NCBI GenBank assembly: GCA_002245135.1
Contig: NGBS01000297.1
Coordinates: 124,001-188,000, forward strand
DNA length: 64,000 nucleotides
DNA from: Proteromonas lacertae
Lineage: Eukaryota
Direction of reading: 5' to 3'
The first letter of the stretch is position 1; each line of letters opens with the position of its first letter. Positions 26,048 through 40,629 of this stretch are shown here, piece after piece. The notes below the pieces were generated by a model. It saw only the letters and a list, made by a program, of their open reading frames with translations. It did not search any database and was not told the origin of the DNA. The position numbers and the translations under genes were made by a program.

Positions 26048-29000
26048 CTATACAATAGTAATTGTTAAAAAGTCAGGATAAGGTGTTTGACATTTATTAC
26101 ATGATTTTCCTCTCTTACCAACTAAACTAAATACATGACATGCTGGACATTCAACTTTATAATAAATAATTTTCTTCTTTGGAACTTTCTTGCATTTTGG
26201 ACAATGGAATACCATATATTTATCACAACTGGTACATTGAATGCATGTATTTGAACTTGGTGGTAGTTTATCAGCATCAATTTCCATTTCAGATAAATCA
26301 TAATCACAATTCTTACAGTTACCACTGAAATCTTTATTATTAGATGTAAATATATTCGTTTCAGTTGAACATTTATTGCAATTTATTTTGTATGAATGTG
26401 ATATTTGTAATGTTGATACACTTTTATTACAATTCTTACAAACTAATGATAAATAAGTACCACATTCACATCTACAATAAGCTGGTGGAATATTATCAGC
26501 AATATTTAACTCTAATGAATGTTTAATTGATTTTCTAAATTCATTTATTTCAGGTGGTACAGCTGATGAAACTACTGATAATGTTGGTTTTGTTGGTTCT
26601 TCTGGTTTGGCTGGTATTGCTACTGGTTGAGGTGATTGAACTGCTGCTCCAGCACCTTCTGTAGCTGTAGTAGTATTATCAGTAGAAATAGTTGGTTTTT
26701 GTTCTGATGTTTGTTGTTCTTCTTGTCCATTTTCAGTTGTTGTCTCAGTAGTAGTAGTTGGTGTTTCTGGTAATTTCATTGGTGTATCTGGTAGTGGTAC
26801 TGGTGGTGGTAATGGAACTTCTTCTACACCTTCTTCAATAGATCCTTGTGAAGATAATGCTTGTCGTGATGGTGAAGATTGTTGAGATTGTTCTTGTGGT
26901 TGTGATTGTTGTTGATACATTTCAATATTACCACCTGCAGCTATCATTGCATTAATATATTTATAAATAGCAGTACAATCTTGAATATACATCACTATTA
27001 AATATTGATTATTCACTAATTGAATAACATTGTCATTAACATTCTTATATATGCTCAATCCTTCATAATAAATCTCCAATAATTGTTCAGTATCACAGGT
27101 TTGAATGTTGGTTTGAGATAGAATAATAGAATGTAATTGGATAGATAATATAGTATCATATGGTAATGGAATTGTTGAATATAATACAATCACTTTAGTT
27201 TGGTTCATATTCATATTATTTCTTACAATTGATTGGATCATTGAGTTACTAATTTGCATTATACGATTATCCCATAAATAAGGATATTGAATACAGGCAA
27301 ATACTGTATTATTATCACCTCTCAATATATAATCAGAGTATAATCCTTGATGATCAGTATTTGAATATATAGACATAACACAGGATAACGCATTCTCTTT
27401 AGTATATTCAGCCACAATATTCTCTTGAGAATGCAATACCTTTTCTTGATTTAATTCAATAGTAATATTCGAAATTGCTTGTTTATGAAATACATCAACA
27501 TTCATTATTTCTATTACTAATTTATTCTTAATAGCATGTGAAGTATTACAAGGAGTAACTACTACAAATCTAAATGGAGTTGTCTTTGAAAATACTAAAT
27601 TATTAGGATCATCAGGACTGGTTATACCAGTAATAACTTGTTGTTGTTTATCAAGCTTGAACTTCAAACCTAATTTCTTACCATTTGTTATAGTAATATT
27701 ATCAAAATCAATGAAATAGACACTTTGTGTTTCTAAATCAAATTCAAAGTGAACAGTGATATCAACATCTGAATCATCGCCATTAGCTAAGTGTATTTCA
27801 TAAGCAGCTGGTCCGCTGAAGAGATTATGTAATGATATTGTCCAATTACCATAATAAATAGTTCTAGAATTATTCCAACATTCTACATTTAAGAATCTAT
27901 TCTCTAATTCAAATAAATATTTAGTTGACCATGAATATTCCAAGGTATCATTATAGCTGGATGGTAAATGGAATTGATTATTAGAAAATGGATTCAATGC
28001 AATCATCTTACTATTAAAACAATGAACAGAATACATAATCAAACTTAAGCTTGATAATTCTCTAGAACTTTGACAAGAAACATTTGAGAATTTCAATCGA
28101 TATTCTACTGGTTCAATTGTATCTAATAACTGATGTGCTGGATTACAAGCTGGTCCACATATTTGAAATGGATCTCTTTGTTCCATTAATTCTTCAATTG
28201 GTATAGTTCCTGATGGGTAAAATGTATCTTTATATATATCTCTAATTCCTGTATTAATATGATCACCTCTTATTGATTGGACATAACGTGGAAAATGTTT
28301 TACACTAATTGTATAACTGACAGATATTGGCACACCGTTGTAATAGATAGTTTCTTCTCTTGATATTGTTGGATTGGAATATTCATATAAATCATGTAAG
28401 TTAAACTCAAATTGTCCAATCTCATTCACTGGTCCAGCTATATGCAATGTTCTTCTCAATGTATCACCAATACTAGAAGCTCTTAATGTGCCTGATAATG
28501 CTGTTAATGTTCTACGAAAGGCGCTTGGTTGTGGTGGAGCTGCTGGTGATGATTCTCTTGATGAACTGAAGGAACTATTGACTCCTGGTGATCCTACTAA
28601 GGTAGCACTTAGGTTTTGACTACTACTGGATGATTGACCGTTTGTACCTGGTTTCTTGGAGATTGATTGACTGAATATTTTCACTAATAGTGAGGTATTG
28701 GAGAGAATTTGATCGTAGGTAAGTGGTACTTCGAAAGGTGGAATGGGAAGTTGATTTGAATAGTGCTTTGGATCTTCTTCAGTGTTTTCTATTTCGAATT
28801 TTAGCTTGTTGGAAGGTATTTTTTTCTGATGACACTCTATATTAACAATAATAATGAATATTAATACTCGGCAAAAACTGATTCTTCACATTCCAAGTTA
28901 CTGACAGAAAATGAAGAGAGACTGATAAGACAAGGTGATATTTCTTGAGCATTCACTCTTAATTTCACAATTCCCTCAAATGTAGAATGTTGAAGTGGAT

Positions 29001-29376
29001 ATTGATGAGTAGCTGGACCAGCACATAAAGATACTAAATCAGCGGCGATACTTCCAACCAGTGTTGCTCCTGTCACTTTTATGCCATTTGGATTAGTATA
29101 AAAATAGACAAATAAATAATCCTTATTCAAATGGCCTGGATCTGGACATGCTCGTCCAAATTGAGCTGATGTGTTCCATACAAACTCTCCTCTATTCACC
29201 ACAGATGGAGGCTCCAGACTCTTGAATCTCTCATTCCAAGGACACTCCATAGCAACGAACGGGGTAGGCATTTTAGCAGGAGGATTTGTTAGGATTAAAC
29301 TAACGATTTCAACTAGAAAATACAATATAATAATTTAATATATACCCTGAATATTAAATTTGAATTGGGTTCTCAT
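26048..29376 (-). CDS. Large protein with C2-like domains, Pro/Thr-rich linker and C-terminal multi-CxxC zinc ribbons
   Basis: 878-aa ORF plus upstream exons; beta-rich C2-like segments; about 8 CxxC-type pairs. +1 break in the A-run at 28819-28825. Confidence 0.6.
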
Positions 29377-29715
29377 CTATAAAACTCAAATTAATTAAAC
29401 CCAAAAAATTAACTGTGAAAATTTTATTTCTGAATTTTTTTGAATTTTTTGACTAGCCCATTAAATAACGTTTTTATTGTGATTTGTGTATGGTGACTAT
29501 GACATATATAAAGTTTGAGTATGGTTTCAAGTGGGAATCGAAAATTGAAGTATGAAATATCTTTGGTTATATATTGAAATAATGTTAAATGCACATGAAA
29601 GAATGTGTATGGATTATTATTTAGAAGATAAGAGTTGTATCTAACGAAATATTTGAAGAAACGCATTTATGTTTAAACAAGTCGAGCTTTTTATTTGTGA
29701 AATCTATTTTGAATA

Positions 29716-30386
29716 ATGTTTAATATCTTATCTCTTATATCAAATTTGGCAGTTATAAACACATGGTTCTGTGGAATTATTCCTATGTATATTGATTATA
29801 TGTTTATTTTTGGATTAGATGGGTAATGATCACATTTATCAAAGATAAATCTACAGGTAAGTTTCCATATTTACCTTATTGGACTATGGTATGTAATAGT
29901 ATAACATGGGGATTATATGGTTATTTTGAAGGACAAACAGCAGTAATTAACTCAAATTTGCCAAATGCAATGTTAGGGGTAGTTTATTGTGTTATATACA
30001 TATACTATGCAAAACAAAGAAAGACTGTTTGGATGCTGAACTTCTCTTTATTAGTTTCTTTAATTGCTGTGTTTTTTCTTTATAAAAATGTTAATAAAGA
30101 TGTTTTAACATTAGTATTAGGACTTATTGGTAATTCTTTATCAATATTGAACTCGTTTGCTCCTTTAGTTATCCTGCAAGAAATATTCAAGAGTGAATGT
30201 ACTGAAGGTATTTCATTCCCAGTATCTGTATTGGGATTTACATGTGGATTATTATGGTTATTTTATGGCATTGGTCAAAAAGATGTTTTAATGATTATTC
30301 CTAATCTTATGACAACAATTTTAAATAGTTTTCAACTTTTACTATTCTTCATTTTCCCACCCCATCCAAAAGCTAAAGAAGAATAA
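29716..30386 (+). CDS. SWEET/MtN3 sugar transporter
   Basis: KSTGKFPYLPY, WGLYG, FAPL, TEGISFP, LWLFYG, IIPN. Confidence 0.92.
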
Positions 30387-30433
30387 ATTTATTTATTATT
30401 ATTGTTTTTTTGACTTCATTTTTTTGCGATTGT

Positions 30434-31394
30434 TTATATTTTCATAATTTGTCCATCAGAAGTTAATAATATTTTATACATTTCAGGTCTTCTATCTCTG
30501 AATAATCCCCAATCTTCTCTTCTTCTTCTATTTTCATCTAAATTGAATGTAGCAGTAATTACATCCTCTGTATGATCATCACATACTTTAATCATTCCAC
30601 CAGTAACATCAGTTATAAATGAAGATCCATAAAATGTAATTTTTGAATCAATTGTTTTTGCACTTTCTGTTCCTATACGATTAGAAGCAATGACAGGAAC
30701 CATATTAGCAGCAGCATGTCCTTGCATCACTCTTTGCCAATGATCTTTTGAATTAAGTGATTCATTTTGTGGTTCTGAACCAATAGCTGTTGGATAGACT
30801 AAAAATCAATAAAAATATCAATAAAAATACATATTAAATCAGCTCCAAGTAAAGCCATTGATCTTGCACATTCTGGAAACCATTGATCCCAACAAATACC
30901 TACTCCAACACAGCCAAATTGTGTTCTGAATACTTGAAAACCAGTATCACCTGGATTGAAGTAGAATTTCTCTTCATAACCTGTTCCATCTGGTATATGT
31001 GTCTTACGGTATTTTCCTAAGATTGTTCCATCTGCATCAATCATTACAACTGTGTTGTAATGAGCACAATTCGCTCTTTCGAAGATACTACAGGGTAATA
31101 CCACATGCAATTCCTTTGCCAAATCTTTGAATTTTAATACTGCTGGATGAGATTCTACTTCATAAGCTAGATCATAATTCTTTGATGTTTGATCTTGACA
31201 GAAATAGAGAGATGAAAATAATTCTTGAATAAGAATGACATTAGCACCCATGGAAGCTGCTTTTCTAATGATTCTCTCAGCTGTTGCAATATTCTCATCA
31301 AAAGAGTCACTAAATACATTATACAAATTGCTTAATACGTGCATGAAAATTGTGTTGCTGCAACTGTTACAGTTGTTGCTGGTTGATGTGACAT
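30434..31394 (-). CDS. aguB: N-carbamoylputrescine amidohydrolase (nitrilase family)
   Basis: ILIQELF, YRKTHIPDGTGYEEKFYF, GICWDQWFPECAR, YPTAIGSEP, MQGHAAAN, FRDRRPEMY; two introns. Confidence 0.93.
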
Positions 31395-31512
31395 GGAAGA
31401 ATAATTCTAAAGAATTTTTATTTCAAATCAGAATCAAACCACTTATTTCTATTTAACCAATAAACAGATTATATCTAGCTAAAGGAATGTATATTAATTA
31501 TGAAAAATATAA

Positions 31513-32580
31513 TTATGCGTCTAATTCTTCATTAAATGTTGTTACAGTATCATCTTCATCAGAAATTGCTCCTGGTAATAAACCATGATGTGCATTTGAT
31601 GCTCTAACTCTTTTAGACGGAGCTTTTTTCATTTTTACATTTAATGCAGAATGACCTATTAGAATACAATAAAAAATCAAAATCATACTCGTATGCTTCA
31701 TCAGTAACACTTCTGGAGTATTACAAAAGCTAGTATTACAGTGTTTCAATTCCTCCGTAAGAATTTCAGGATTTAATCTCTTCAATTTAGCTATAATAGT
31801 CTGTGTAATTTCTGATATAATCCCTTTTCCTACATCATGTCTCATTTCATAATCATATTTATCAGGATGAGGTGAACCCGAACAGAATCTAATTAATGCA
31901 CTTACCCAGTCTTCTTCAGGGTATTTACCTTCATGATCTTTACGGTATGTTTTTATTTCTGTAATGTGATGATATCTATGTTCTATTGTTTTCCAACCAT
32001 CTTCACCTAGAGTTTTCTTCATTAATGTATCTTTGAATGTGGTAAATGGTTTGAATTCTACTGTGGATTTATTGAGCATATCGATGAATTCATCAAGTGA
32101 TAATATTCCATCATTATCATTATCAAATTTAGCTACTAATTCTTTGACAGATTTGCATGATTTAATTGAGCCTAACTTCGTTAGGTATTTTTCTACTTCT
32201 GCTTCGCCTATTGCTTCATATTCGATATTCATATATAGGAAAGATACTATTTAAATAATAAACAATTAGATTTATACATTCAACTAATTTCTTCTGGGAC
32301 ATCATACAAAATGAGATTATAAACAAAAAGAAAGTCATCAAAATCCATACCACCTTTTTCATATAAACACATTAGACTAGACTGATATGAATCAGATAAG
32401 TTTAAAATAGTGTAAAAATGCATCTACATCTAATCTACCCGTGGTAATAGCATCACATGTGCATAGAAAAATTTTCTGAATTTGTGCTACTTCAAAATAA
32501 TTGACTATTTCCATAAAAATAATAAATGTTATACAGTGATATAATTGAACTATCCTTAACGGTAGACCATCCATTGACAT
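31513..32580 (-). CDS. EF-hand protein, uncharacterised family (paralog 2)
   Basis: FDNDNDGILSLDEF EF-hand; motif block shared with 15723-16820. +1 breaks near 32403 and 32289. Confidence 0.7.
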
Positions 32581-32938
32581 ATATGGCTCAACATTAGAAA
32601 CTGATTTACAAAAGTTCCTTCGGTTATTTTTTGATTGTCTATCATATTTTAATTTACCTTGTTGCTATACACATAGAAATAGTAAATTATAAGGTATACA
32701 ATTTTTTCGAGCGGCGATAGATTAGTACTTATACCTATTGGATGAAAAATGTGTGTTATACCTTCTAACTTCCCTCGAAGATTTCTATTGCTTTGTACTG
32801 CAACTCTATTCATTTTTTAGTCAATATTACTCAGCTATAAAAACATAAAAGAAAAAACGAATTAAAGTATTTGTAACGGATATAAATTCTAAACCAAAAT
32901 ATAACACATTATACTACACTATAGTGATTATATAATAT

Positions 32939-34557
32939 CTAATAACGCTGTGTAGTTTTCTGCGGATTATCATGGGGTAAAAATGGATTCATTATAAATT
33001 TTATGTTTGGTAATAAATATCCACTTAAACCGTATATTTTTGCAGTGTCATATTGCAGCATATCATAACGAATTTTTTGTTTCAGTATTTCACGGTTCAG
33101 TGATTCTTGTCTCAAATATTCTATACAATATTATTATTACTTAGAAAATACTATATTTCCATGGATTTTGCAATTTGAAATTGTTAGTAAGTGATATTTT
33201 TTCCTGTTTTGCTTGAATCCCTCCTGACATTATATTTAAAATATCTCTTCCACTTTCAAAATCAATTTCCTAAACAAATACACATATAAAAGAGTAATAA
33301 CCATACTAATCTTATTTCTTTAACATCAAAAAATGGAATTTCACTAAATTTGACAGTATGAATCATATCCCAGTGGATTCTGAATATATGGCAGAAATTA
33401 TAATGCTTTTGTGTTTTACATATATAAATAGGAGAAGTCATCGATGCAATTCCCTATAAAAGAAAAAAAATATATATTATAATATACTTGAATAGAACTT
33501 GATTTTGTTTCACTAAAACATAATAATACATGACTTCCTCTGCTATATAACTCTTGCAGTGATGTTGCTATACCTTTATTAGTACCCCAAACACATGATT
33601 TAATTGCATGTAGAAAACTAGAATAACCTCTATATCTTATTAATACAAATTGAATTGGACATCTTTGCTATTTAAATAATATAAATAAATATAAATTATA
33701 AATACGTTTTTCACTTGCTTATTGTATAGTTCTTGATTCTTTCGATAAGATAAAGCTGTATCTTGAGGTGTTAATAATGAAGATGATGATTGATTCTTCT
33801 TTTGACTATTTATATTAGTATTGTTTTTATTATCTTTTTCTGATTCTGATTCTTCTTCTTCTTCTTCACTTCTATTGGCTGAGGATGATGATGAAATACT
33901 TGAAGTTTCATCTTTATCTTTGCTATTATCTTCAACATCTGATATTGAACTGCAAGACTCTGAACTATCACTGTTAGATCTATGATGATGATGATGATGA
34001 TGATGATTCTGTTTATTATCTATTTCTTTAGCCTTTTCTTTTCCATCTTCATCTTTCCAATCGTTTGTTTTATTCTCAGATTGTATTAATTCACCTCTAC
34101 TACCAGCATATTGACGAGGTAGTGTGTTTATATAATCTGTATATAAAAAACTCGACGGAGGAGGCGGTGGTATATTGGGTTTAGCAATGGTATTTTGATA
34201 AACTGTAGGAGATTCTGAATCTACTTCTAGTGTAGGATTTGTCTCATCTACTTGAAGTTTCTTTGTATTTGTCTTTCTCCTAAAATGTAATCCGAATATA
34301 TACTCTTCATATTCATTTTTTCTTTTAGAAATCATCTCACGAGTTAGATTTTCACAATATAGATATAAATCGCATTCAAAATCAGAATAATATTTGTTTG
34401 GAACAACAACATTGTTCTGTATTACTAGATTCTGTTCCTGTTGCTGTTTCATATAAATTGGCGGTTTTGGACGATATTTATTTCTTCTATTATTATTACC
34501 ATTCTATTTTTAAAAGATAATATATACTCTATTACTCTGATATTTGTTGTTAATCAT
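32939..34557 (-). CDS. YTH-domain protein (YTHDC-like, divergent)
   Basis: Spliced QFVLIRY..HAIKSCVWGT..LQELY..VIMFSETKSSSIQGIASMTS..FRIHW..EIDFESGRDIL follows the YTH pattern; low-complexity N-terminus. Confidence 0.7.
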
Positions 34558-34979
34558 TTTGGCTTGATTCTTGTTTGATAGAAAAAGATGAAAGAAAGAA
34601 AAATAAGGATTAAAACTGATTTAATTGACATAAGTAACTCATATTTTAGCTTATATCTAAGTAGATAGTAAATGAAACAAATTAAATCCCCTGACAGAGT
34701 TTTATTATGATTATTTAAAAGTCAGTATATAATCTAAAAGGTAAATAAACATTTTTATGAATGAAAAAAGGGTTATTTAGAGATTAATATTCTATGTAAA
34801 AACTACAATCATCTATATTTCACATCATATATATCTTTACTACATCTAATTTAAATATTATTTAATAATTCTATGAAATTGACGAGAAATCAATAAAAAT
34901 AAAAACAGCCAATAAAATAATTACACGTTTTAGAATATTCTAAAGATCTTCATAAAATCATTTTACTAAACTTCGCAAC

Positions 34980-36000
34980 ATGATTCAAAAAGCAGAAAGA
35001 AAATACACTAAATTGGATGTAGCTGCGTTTAGAGTCCATTTAAATAGAGTAGGTGCGAATGTAAAGGAGTTAGCCAAATTAACAGGCCAAAGCGATAGAC
35101 AGGTGAGAAGGACATTGAAGAAATTGGATGAAGGAAAGGAAATTGGCAAGAGAGGGTATGGTAAAGCCAAGAGTTTGAATGCCGATCAATGTAACCTGTT
35201 TATGAAAATGCTGTATAGTAATAATTCAAGAACAGAAATCCAATCCCAGTTAGGGTTATCTGATTCTAAGTTTGGTAGAATAAAGAAACTGGTACTACTT
35301 CCTCAATGCCTTAAAATAACAGGAGGTACAGTAGCTGTTGAAGTTTCATGTAGGTACACAACCTTTTACATTGCTTGGTATTTAGATTTGGATGATTTGA
35401 AAGTTTCATTCAGTCAATCATTTGAAGGTGAAATGATTCATGATAATGATTTATGTTTAAAGTTAATAGAGATAATTTCTCATGGCTATGAAGATGAAGG
35501 TAAGAGTATATCTTACTTCGATGCTGTTGAAGGAAGGAAAGTTGAGAAATTTCAAACTGAACAACAAAATATATGATTATTACATGAATTATTTCCAACA
35601 ATTAACACCAAAACTTGAAATGATGGAAGAGATGAGAAAATATTTTGGATTAACTCAATTGGAGTATTTTACTACTGAGATGAAGAGTGATATTGATGTT
35701 TTGACAAAGAATGAAAATATCACTAGTTCATTTGAAATAGAAGAAATGAAGAGTGAAGATAACACTCAATTACCTTCTTCTGAAATTAATTCTGATAGTG
35801 ATAATGAGATAATATCTGAGAATGAAAGTGAAATAGCTTCTGATAGTGAACCAGAAGGTTTAAACAGTTCACCATTAATTTCATCAGAAGATAATCACTA
35901 TGGATTTGTTAATGATGGTATTTCAGAATATCTTCCCAATCTTCCACTAATTCCTGATTTGGATTTGAGTTGCTTTGATTATCCAACCGATTTTGCATAG
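34980..36000 (+). CDS. Intronless protein with Tc1/IS630-like bipartite HTH and acidic C-terminus
   Basis: GANVKELAKLTGQSDRQVRRTLK...GYGKAKSL...RTEIQSQLGLS. A +1 break near 35550 joins two ORFs. Confidence 0.55.
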
Positions 36001-36214
36001 ATGGCAATATGCAAAACCCTTATTGTTAAGGTTATTTGAAATCATAATAGATGATTCTCGAAGAGATGATGTATGGTTTCTAATAATCTTAATAATAATT
36101 TTTATATTGAATTCTATTTTATTTTGTGTTTTTGGGATTGTGTGAGGATTAGTAATAGGTTTAGAAATTGATTTTTACAGTAAAAAATCGTTTCTTTTTA
36201 TAAAAATAGCAAAT

Positions 36215-39200
36215 ATGTCGAATTATTCGTATATTGGTGTTGATTTAGGTTCATATTACTATAAAGTTGGTAGAGTAAAGGAACCTAATCATGTTGTCGA
36301 AATAGTGCCAAACAAACTTGATAAACGATCTTCTAGGTATTTATATGTAAGTAATGTAATAAATAGATCAGCAATAGGATTTTCAAAAGGTAAGAAATGT
36401 CCTGTAGGTCAAAAAATAGTATTTCTATATGATTTAAATTATAGCCTGCTAAAGATGTGAAAAATTCGTTAATAAATGGCAAAGATATTTTTGCAAAAGC
36501 ATTTGATGGTAAACAATTCGCAAATATACAAAATGCTTATAAACCGTTTATTCTCTCAAGTAATCAAAATAATGTGCCTATATTTACAGTATTGATTTAA
36601 TTTATTACTTTTAGTTTGATTATTATGAAGATAATTTGAAATATAATAGTAAAGATATATATCTAAACTATTTTTATAACATTTATGATATGATCCAAGC
36701 AAGAGATGCTGATAGTAATACAAAGGATAGTAATAAAAATCAAAATTATATATTAAGTGTATATTTTTATGAAATAATAATATATTGTTTAGTATCCAAT
36801 TAATTACTCTAAAGAACAAAGAGATGAGTTAAAAAGTTTATGTAATTTTAAAATGGAAGAATTATCAGTTAGTTGTTGTGATATTATCGATGAAAGTACT
36901 GCTTATGCTTTATGTTATGGATATGAAAATAATACAAAAATTGAAGATACAGAGATTAATTTGTTAGTTGATATTGGATATATTAATGCCACTGTTACTT
37001 GTGCAAAATATGAAAAAGTATGAATATAATTGGTCTTTATGTAATAGGATAAATGTACTGTATTAGGGAACTTCTATATCTGATGAAATTTGTGGAAGAA
37101 ATATTGATAAGTTGATGGTTGATTCAATTAAAGAAGAGATATTCAATGATAAAGATTTTAAAGTATTAAAAGACATATTTGATAGTAAACCAGATTATTT
37201 ATATAAAGTGCAAAATGCTGTAATAACTGCAAAAGAAAAACTATCAGCTGATGGAGCAAGTGATGTATAATCTGTAAATATAAATTATATGAAAATAGAT
37301 AAAAATAGAAGTGAGTGATTTATATGATTTAGATGATTTTGAGAGTAATTATAGTAAAGATAAACTCAATAGTTTGTTAATTAGTAATAATTATAAAGAA
37401 AAAATATTCAAATTGTTAGATCAATGTCTAAATAATAGCAAAGTACAAATTGAGGAAGAAAAAGCAGTTGAAGGTGATAATATTATACATACTTCAATTA
37501 AAGATATTTCATCAATTGTAATAGCTGGTGGAACTTGCAGAATTCCATTTATTCAAGAAGCGTTGAAAGAATATTTAAATACAAAAATAGGAAGAAAAGG
37601 AGAATTGAATAAGACTATAAATATGGATGAACATATAGCAAATGGGATATGTTATTATAGTTTGATTAAAAGTGATATATGGAAATATTCATTAGTAATT
37701 GATAGTAAAGATGTATTTAATTCTGATTTAATGAAAAGAGAAGTAATGAAACAAAAAATCAGAAATGTTTATGGAATAGTCAAATCAGAAATATCGAAGA
37801 TAATGAAAAAAGAATATTTAGAAGATATTAAAGAAATAATAAAAGAAGAAGGTAATCTAGCATTAGAAATTGTGAATAATTATGATAATTATGACAAGTT
37901 CTATTCAGCTGTGCAATATGATAAACATCTTCAAGAAGCAGATAAAAAGAGAAATGATCTAGAAACGAGATTGTATGATTATCAACATGAAGTAGAAAAA
38001 CTGAAGAATGAAGAATTAAAGAAAGAAATAATGGATTGGATTACTAAGCAAATAGAAAAACTTCATACAGATAAAACACTAAGAATGATGGATAAAGTAT
38101 TAGAATATGAAAATGTATTTGTTAGTGTAATTTATAATCATCTATAGGATTTAGAAAATGAAAGGATTAATCAAAAGAAAATGGCAAGAGATATTAATGT
38201 TAAATTATGGTATAATTATTTTAACATTATTTTAATATTGTAGTAATTGTGCAACTAAGATTCATTCTGATGATTCAAATTATCAAGAACTATTATCTGA
38301 TTTAAAAAGTATGAATGTAGAATCATTACCAATTAATCAAGTAGCAAATACAGGTTCATCTAAATTAAAACTATCAGAATTAATAAAAGATTACAAAAGT
38401 GAAATGTATATATTTATATTTTATTTATGTATAGATCAAAATGGGAAAAATTATTAAAAGAAATGCCAATAATCAATGATTATGATGTGAAGAATGATTT
38501 AAAGAATAAGAAGAGTTTAGAAGAAAGAAATAATGTAGTGAATGATTCAATATCATTAGATGATTTGAAAAGTTCAATTGACGATACTTATAAGTTATTT
38601 ACTGATATATTAAGTAACACAATTACAGCAATGGATAAAATTATGTATTAATAATATTTATGTAAAAATGTAGAAATGAAATCAAGGAAGATTACAAAGA
38701 CATTGATGTTAATAAAGATACATTATTAATAAGTATTGAAGGATTGAAAGAGACATTCAATAAAAGAAATGAAACTTCAGCATATTTAGCTTCAATAATA
38801 GAAAAATACAATGTATATATATTAAAATGTTATGAATAATATTTAGATGATTATTACTACAAATGACAGTATTATTTCAGATAAGAAAGACAATATGAAA
38901 AAGAAAATGTATTTATATCATAAATATAACATAATTAGAAATAATAAAGTAGAGTTTATTAAAACTCTTAAACATCCAGGAAATGCATTAGATGTTTTCA
39001 TTAATCAGTCAAATGGTATTAAAAAGTTAAATGAAGTAAACTCAATCAAAACACTTTGGGAAGAAGAAAAGAAATATGAAAGTTATTTATCTTCTTATAT
39101 TTCTAATTATAGTAAAGAATTAGAGGATTATAAGTATATAACCATTATATAATGATATAGAGAAAAGACAAAAGATGAGATAGAAAAATATGAGATTCGT

Positions 39201-40417
39201 GATGATGAGAAATACTCTGTTATTAGAAGCATCAATGAATTATTAATACCAAGTGATAGTTTGGAAAATATTAGCAAATGCTTTGAAGATATTGATAATA
39301 TAATAAAAGAAGCTCATCAAAGATTGTATGATTACTTCAAAGAGTTATTAAAATTATTGAATTGTGTTGATGACTATAAAGACTTTAAAATAAAAGTTGA
39401 TAAAAAGGTAGATAAGATAGAAGATATTGCGAATTACAATTCAGATACAGTGAATGGTATTTGTCATAGCATTTCAGAAAAATTATTAGCAATAGCAACT
39501 CAGTTTGAGTATAATAATAATATTATTATATAATATATATAATTAATAGAGATGAAATAAAAGCAATAAATGGATCAACTGTCTTTGGTATTCAATATGG
39601 TGATGATGTAAAAGTAGTTTTTGAAAAGAAAAGAGATGCATATGTATCTCAAAGAAATAAATATTTAACAATCATGTATATCTATTCAATTAATATATTT
39701 TAGATTTTCATTTGTTTCAGAAATGAATGAGATTAAAGATAATGATGAAGTGGATAAAATAAAAAAGGATATAAACGATAAATATATTACTGAATATACT
39801 AAATTAACATTAATTGAATTTCCAAAAGTTATAGGAGAATTAAAGAGTAGTGTAAATACAATAGTTGATAAAATTGTTGAGAAATACAAACTTGATATTG
39901 ATAAATATGATAAATTATGTAATAATGTCACTACAAAACCATTTCCTTCATTTAAATTAAATAAGATAAAGCGTTTTATTGTGTATTATCAATCATTAAT
40001 TATTTCTAAAGGATTAAGATTTGAAAAAATCAACTGAAATTGTTAAAAAGGAATATGATAGAATAATGGAAACAAATAGAAAGCAAGATAAAAGAAATAG
40101 ATATTAAATATAATATCACAGAAGAAACTGATGTGTATGATGTGTTATATGATTTATTAACAAATCCTCCTAATAATCAAGATAATTTAATTGATGTTAA
40201 AGACGAAAAAGATAATAAACCACCAACTTCAGATACTCAAGTGGAAGGATCAAAAAGAAATTCTTCGACTAAACCACCAATTACTCCAAATGATATGCCA
40301 GGTAGTGTAAATAATGGTGAAAAAACCTCACCACCACAACACAAGAAAGTTCCATCTATTATAAAGAAAAAGTCTTCTAAAATTGAACCAAATGATACAG
40401 AAGAATTAAATAAATGA
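36215..40417 (+). CDS. Divergent Hsp70/Hsp110-family protein with long coiled-coil C-terminus
   Basis: YIGVDLGS, IIDESTAYALCYG, LVDIG, CGRNID, AKEKLSA, AGGTCRIPFIQ, INMDEHIANG, KRNDLETRLYD. +1 breaks near 37067 and 40070. Confidence 0.8.
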
Positions 40418-40629
40418 TTTCTTCACATTTTATTGTTTGTTGTTGTTATTATATAATTCTATAAAAAGTGTAAAAAATTATAACAAATGAGTTCAATTTG
40501 CCAAATCATGCAAAAAAATAAAAAATAAGTAACAATGTAATTTACTTGTCACATTGACCAATTTATCGTTATTCAATTGTTTATACTTGTTTAATTAATT
40601 CAACGTTTTTTACTTTATAATTTTATTAA

